Positions 60,301-64,000 of a stretch of DNA of 64,000 bases are shown here, piece by piece; positions within the stretch are counted from its first letter, which is position 1; each line of letters begins with the position of its first letter. A program made the translations under genes and the position numbers. The stretch is from NCBI RefSeq assembly GCF_964355755.1, contig NC_092670.1, forward strand, positions 40,660,388 through 40,724,387, in the 5' to 3' direction. The stretch comes from Antedon mediterranea (lineage: Eukaryota; Animalia; Echinodermata). The notes beneath the pieces were generated by a model. It did not search any database. It saw only the letters and a list, made by a program, of their open reading frames with translations, and was not told the origin of the DNA.

Positions 60301-63157
60301 TGATCAGTGCCAACGGAAAGAAGTTTTAAAAAAAGCAAAAGTGCCACTTCAACCTATACCCGTAACAGATACTGCTTTCAGACAGATCGGTATGGATATT
60401 GTTGGGCCTTTGGTAAAGACAGAAAATGGTAAGGTATCTCATGACAAATTACTGAAAAACAAAAATGCTGTGACTGGATAAAAAAGCTAAATCAAAACGT
60501 AAAAGTAAAAAGCAAGAAGACATGAATGAAATACGTTCAGAAAACTTTGTAATTCATTCTTCAGGGCCTAAAATTACAGTTAATAATTAGTTCTGTTCGG
60601 CCTTTATTGTAATAGGGCTGAACTTAAATTTATTATTGTAAAGGCACAAGCGCAATTTCTGTGAGGTTTCTTGAAATTGTTAACTAAACTAAAATTATGA
60701 CAGTTCTCTTTTTTACACTGTCAACAAAAACTAGATTTACCAAGAATCAGATGCTCTTATTATTGTCACCGGATTTACATCGATTATGGCTATACTGTAA
60801 TAATCTTTATTTCTGCCTGTTTTAATTTGATCCAAACCATGACTGGGGTAATACTGTTCAGCGCATAGAGGTTTTACAACATTAGGCGCTATGTAAATCC
60901 ACGATATTATTATTGTTCTTGTTCTTATTATATTTATTGATATTAATATTGTTATTATTATTGTTATTTCATTCGTACAGTTCGGGTGTTGTACATCTCA
61001 TCATGACATTTTGACACTACTATTATTACGGCTTATTATATTATTATTTGCTGTGTTTCAGGTAATCGGTACTTACTTGTATTTACGGAGTACCTTACCA
61101 AATGGGTGGAAGCTGATGCAATTCCAGATAAATCTGCTAAAACAGTGCTGAGATCTTTTATTGATTTTGTCTGCAGACATGGAACACCTTCTATATTGAT
61201 TACAGACCAGGGTAGAGAGTTTTGTAATGAGCTGAATGACAGCTTCTGTAAGCTGATTGGGGTAGACCACAGAGTTGCCTCACCATACCATCCTCAAACA
61301 GGCGGGCAAACGGAGCGCTTTAACAGAACACTTTGCACAATGCTTATGACGTTGACCAACGCAGACCAAAATGACTGGGATATACAACTCCCATACGTGT
61401 TGTTTGCCTACAGAACATCCGAGCACAAGTCTACGAAATGTGACCCATTCTCATTAGTTTACGGTAGAAAGGCTGTGTTGCCTGTAGAATTACGTATTCC
61501 CATCGTTTCGTCTAATAAAGATGACATATCCGGAACTGTTCCTTTAAAAATAAGAGTGGACGCTTTTTTGAAACTCAAAGATTCAAGGAGAAAGGCATCA
61601 GAAAATATCAAAAAAGCACAGAAAAAGCAAAAACATTATCATGATGCTGGTGTTAAAAGCAACACGTACTATGCAGGAGATCAAGTGCTCTTGCAGAATT
61701 CCAGAAATTTGTCAAGAAAGGGAGGCAAACTTAATGCTCGATGGACTGGTCCATATATTATAGAAAAAGTCCTCACTCACAATACATATCGACTAAAAGG
61801 AAGAAGGGCTATTGTTAACGGAAACAAGATCAGACATTACAAGTCCGATAAAACAACCTCTTTGAACTGTCCATCATCAAGCACTAAACAGAAATGTAAT
61901 ACCAATGATAAGCATCTCCCTCCAAAGAAACGAAAGCGAACGCCAGACATCCCACCTGAAGTAACGCACCATGATAACATACCTACATCCAAGAATGGTG
62001 ATATCACACCGGATGATCACATTATTAACATACCTACATCCAAGAATGTTGATGATAACGATAACAGACCTACATCCAAGAATTATGATATCACACCGGA
62101 TGATCACATTAACATACCTACATCCAAGAACGATGATATCACACTGGATAATCACGATAACATACCTACATTAGACAATGATAATGTCGCACCGGATGAT
62201 GACCATGACAACAGTAGGCCTGTATCTGATAGTGATGTGGTATACCTCAACACGAAAACTTCAAGAAAGTTATTCTTTCCTGTCGATGCCAATTGGCAGC
62301 TTGAAAAGGCAGCACCATTTGGTATCAATGTCAAAAATTTTCACAAAACTCACTTAAAATGTGAAATGGACAAGGCAGCCAGGCCTACTAAAGTTGTTAA
62401 TATGAGAGGGGACGGCAACTGTCTTTTTAGGGCTTTGAGTTATATTCTCTTTGGTGTCCAGAACTACCATGTAGTTGTACGGGATTACATACTAAACTAT
62501 ATGTCCATGAACAAAAACCTATTTGAAAAAATTGAATCCAGATCATTTGAACGATACGTGGAAGACACGAGAATGGGGGAATATGGGACATGGGGTTCGG
62601 ACATCGAAATCATGGCATTTGCGACCATGTCAAATACGAATGTTTATGTTTACAGTAAATATGGAAGAAGGAAAGGGCTTCCACATTATGAATGGTTGAA
62701 ATATGCACCAATAAGTAATCAGTTTGGTGATTTAGTATCTGAAAGAAACATCTACCTATCAAACTTATGTGCACACTTTGAGCCTGTCCTGGATGTAGAC
62801 AAGAAAACTTATGACGCTGAATTAAAATACACTCGTACACCATACGCACCAATCAAAAACCACCTTGCACGGAAATACTGGGATATTGTATCCGATGTGA
62901 CCCTCAATGCTGCTCTGGTAGATAATTACGAAGATGAAGCGGTAATGCGTTCCGAAGGCATTATGGACGTTATATACGTATCTGAATTCACGGACACACA
63001 TTATGACATTGAAGCAGTCAACCATCTAAAAGATGATATCGATCCAAATATATTCAATTTGCTTTGTGACATGGAACATTTCCCGGAAAGGATTCATCAG
63101 AGCAACAATGAAGTACCTGGACAATTATATGTTGATTCATACAACGTCACTCTTTAA
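57333..63157 (+). CDS. Ginger1/GINO-type transposase (Gypsy-like integrase) fused to an OTU cysteine protease, ~847 aa, 3 exons
   Basis: Exons 57333-57580, 60229-60428, 61062-63157 in phase. N-terminal YL...YP...LYY (YPYY-like) motif, H-H/C-C zinc finger (HKQAHGGH...CDQC), DDE triad (GMDIVGP, ITDQGREF, QTERFN), GPY module (WTGPY), NLS PKKRKR and OTU (DGNCLFRALS...WG...AHFEP). No RT, gag or protease. Confidence 0.9.
58820..59490 (+). mobile_element. Half copy of the GACCACCTCT palindromic element inside Ginger intron 1
   Basis: Matches the arm of 54810-55780 (CAAACCTAAATGTCTAAATCATGTGCAAATG...TCTATCCACGTCTCGTAA). Confidence 0.7.
61968..62210 (+). repeat. Coding tandem repeat (DNIPTSKNxDITPDDH) in the integrase-OTU linker
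   Basis: Repeated ACCTACATCCAAGAA...GATATCACACCGGATGATCAC, kept in frame. Confidence 0.85.
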
Positions 63158-64000
63158 CTGTAGGCCTACCTATGACCGGTAATCTCAACATACACAGAAG
63201 CATTAAATGGTGAAAAGGGTATTTGTTTACCTTATAGAGGTAAGTTTCGTTAATGCTTTGATTTTTTACAGGTGCTTCCGTCAAGAGGAGATTGTCGGCT
63301 TTGTCTGAAACTCATCGACGAAGAAATACCAATTGCATTTGTCGGACCAGAAAGAAGAACATAGATTCACCACAGCGGCTAATTAAAGCGTCACCATCTT
63401 TCATTGAATCAACGGAAGACGAATATCTGAGCATAAGTACGTCAAAGGCTCAAGGGGTCTAATGGCAGGTAACAACAGATCAAATACAGTGTGTCCAGTG
63501 TAAACATGCAATGATGTGTCATGCGCCCTGCTTTGATCGCTACAAGGATTAAAAAATTAATTAAAAAGCAGATTGTATAAAAGAATAACGCGACTAAAGG
63601 TCCGGTAAGGTAAAAGTACGTGAATTAGATTGTAACTAGTGTTTATTTTTATTGTATTTTTATGTTTAAAAAACTTTTTCATATTTACAACTCATATGAT
63701 TCTGTTTCATAATGTTATGCAATTTTCTTCTATAATATGTTTTCTTTGGTCAAAGGGGCACATACAAACGTGCAACCTACCCTCGCTATGATCATCAACC
63801 TTGACGTGGTAGCGAGGCTTGCGTGCTTCCAATGTATTGGTAGCCAGACCAATGATGATCAATAACAAAGTAAAATAAATACAAACACACTTACTGAAAC
63901 AAGTTTTAATAGCAATAAATAAATAAATAAATAAATATTTTTCTGTAACTATTGTTCATTATTATTACACTATTATTATTTTATCCTGTTAATATAAGTA

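Noticed and set aside
60530-60570. Penelope-type minimal hammerhead on the minus strand (CTGAAGA...)
   Set aside because: The GAAA core is disrupted; at most a decayed relic.
57333-63157. Gypsy LTR retrotransposon pol
   Set aside because: No gag, protease, RT or RNase H; the gene has spliceosomal introns and its own ATG; only one LTR-like segment is nearby.

Overview
AT-rich, intron-rich animal genomic DNA, probably a marine invertebrate deuterostome such as an echinoderm (inferred from a Deu-domain SINE, TAGGCCTA/TACAGTA microsatellites and gene content). I rebuilt exons by hand from GT-AG boundaries and reading-frame phase. Genes in order: a SATB/Compass(dve)-family homeobox gene (+, ~2.8-12.9 kb); RDM1 (-); two tandem CYP2-clan P450s (-); OXNAD1 (+); a UST/HS2ST-family 2-O-sulfotransferase (+) with a 5'-truncated L1/Tx1-type LINE in its last intron; an intronless orphan class-A GPCR (-); and a spliced Ginger/GINO-type integrase-OTU protease gene (+). 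Many MITEs, SINEs, LINE relics and minisatellites lie between them. Most notable: (1) the SATB/Compass gene has a second, canonical CUTL domain in small exons downstream of its homeodomains, with phases allowing alternative isoforms, plus a cluster of K50 homeodomain sites in its own intron; (2) OXNAD1 has two homologous FAD-domain exons only 28 nt apart, which suggests mutually exclusive splicing; (3) the integrase-deubiquitinase fusion looks intact; (4) the CYP duplication seems to have included, then lost, a copy of RDM1; (5) there are tiny TIR-only insertions with 7-bp TSDs. No database searches were run, and family names come from recognised motifs.
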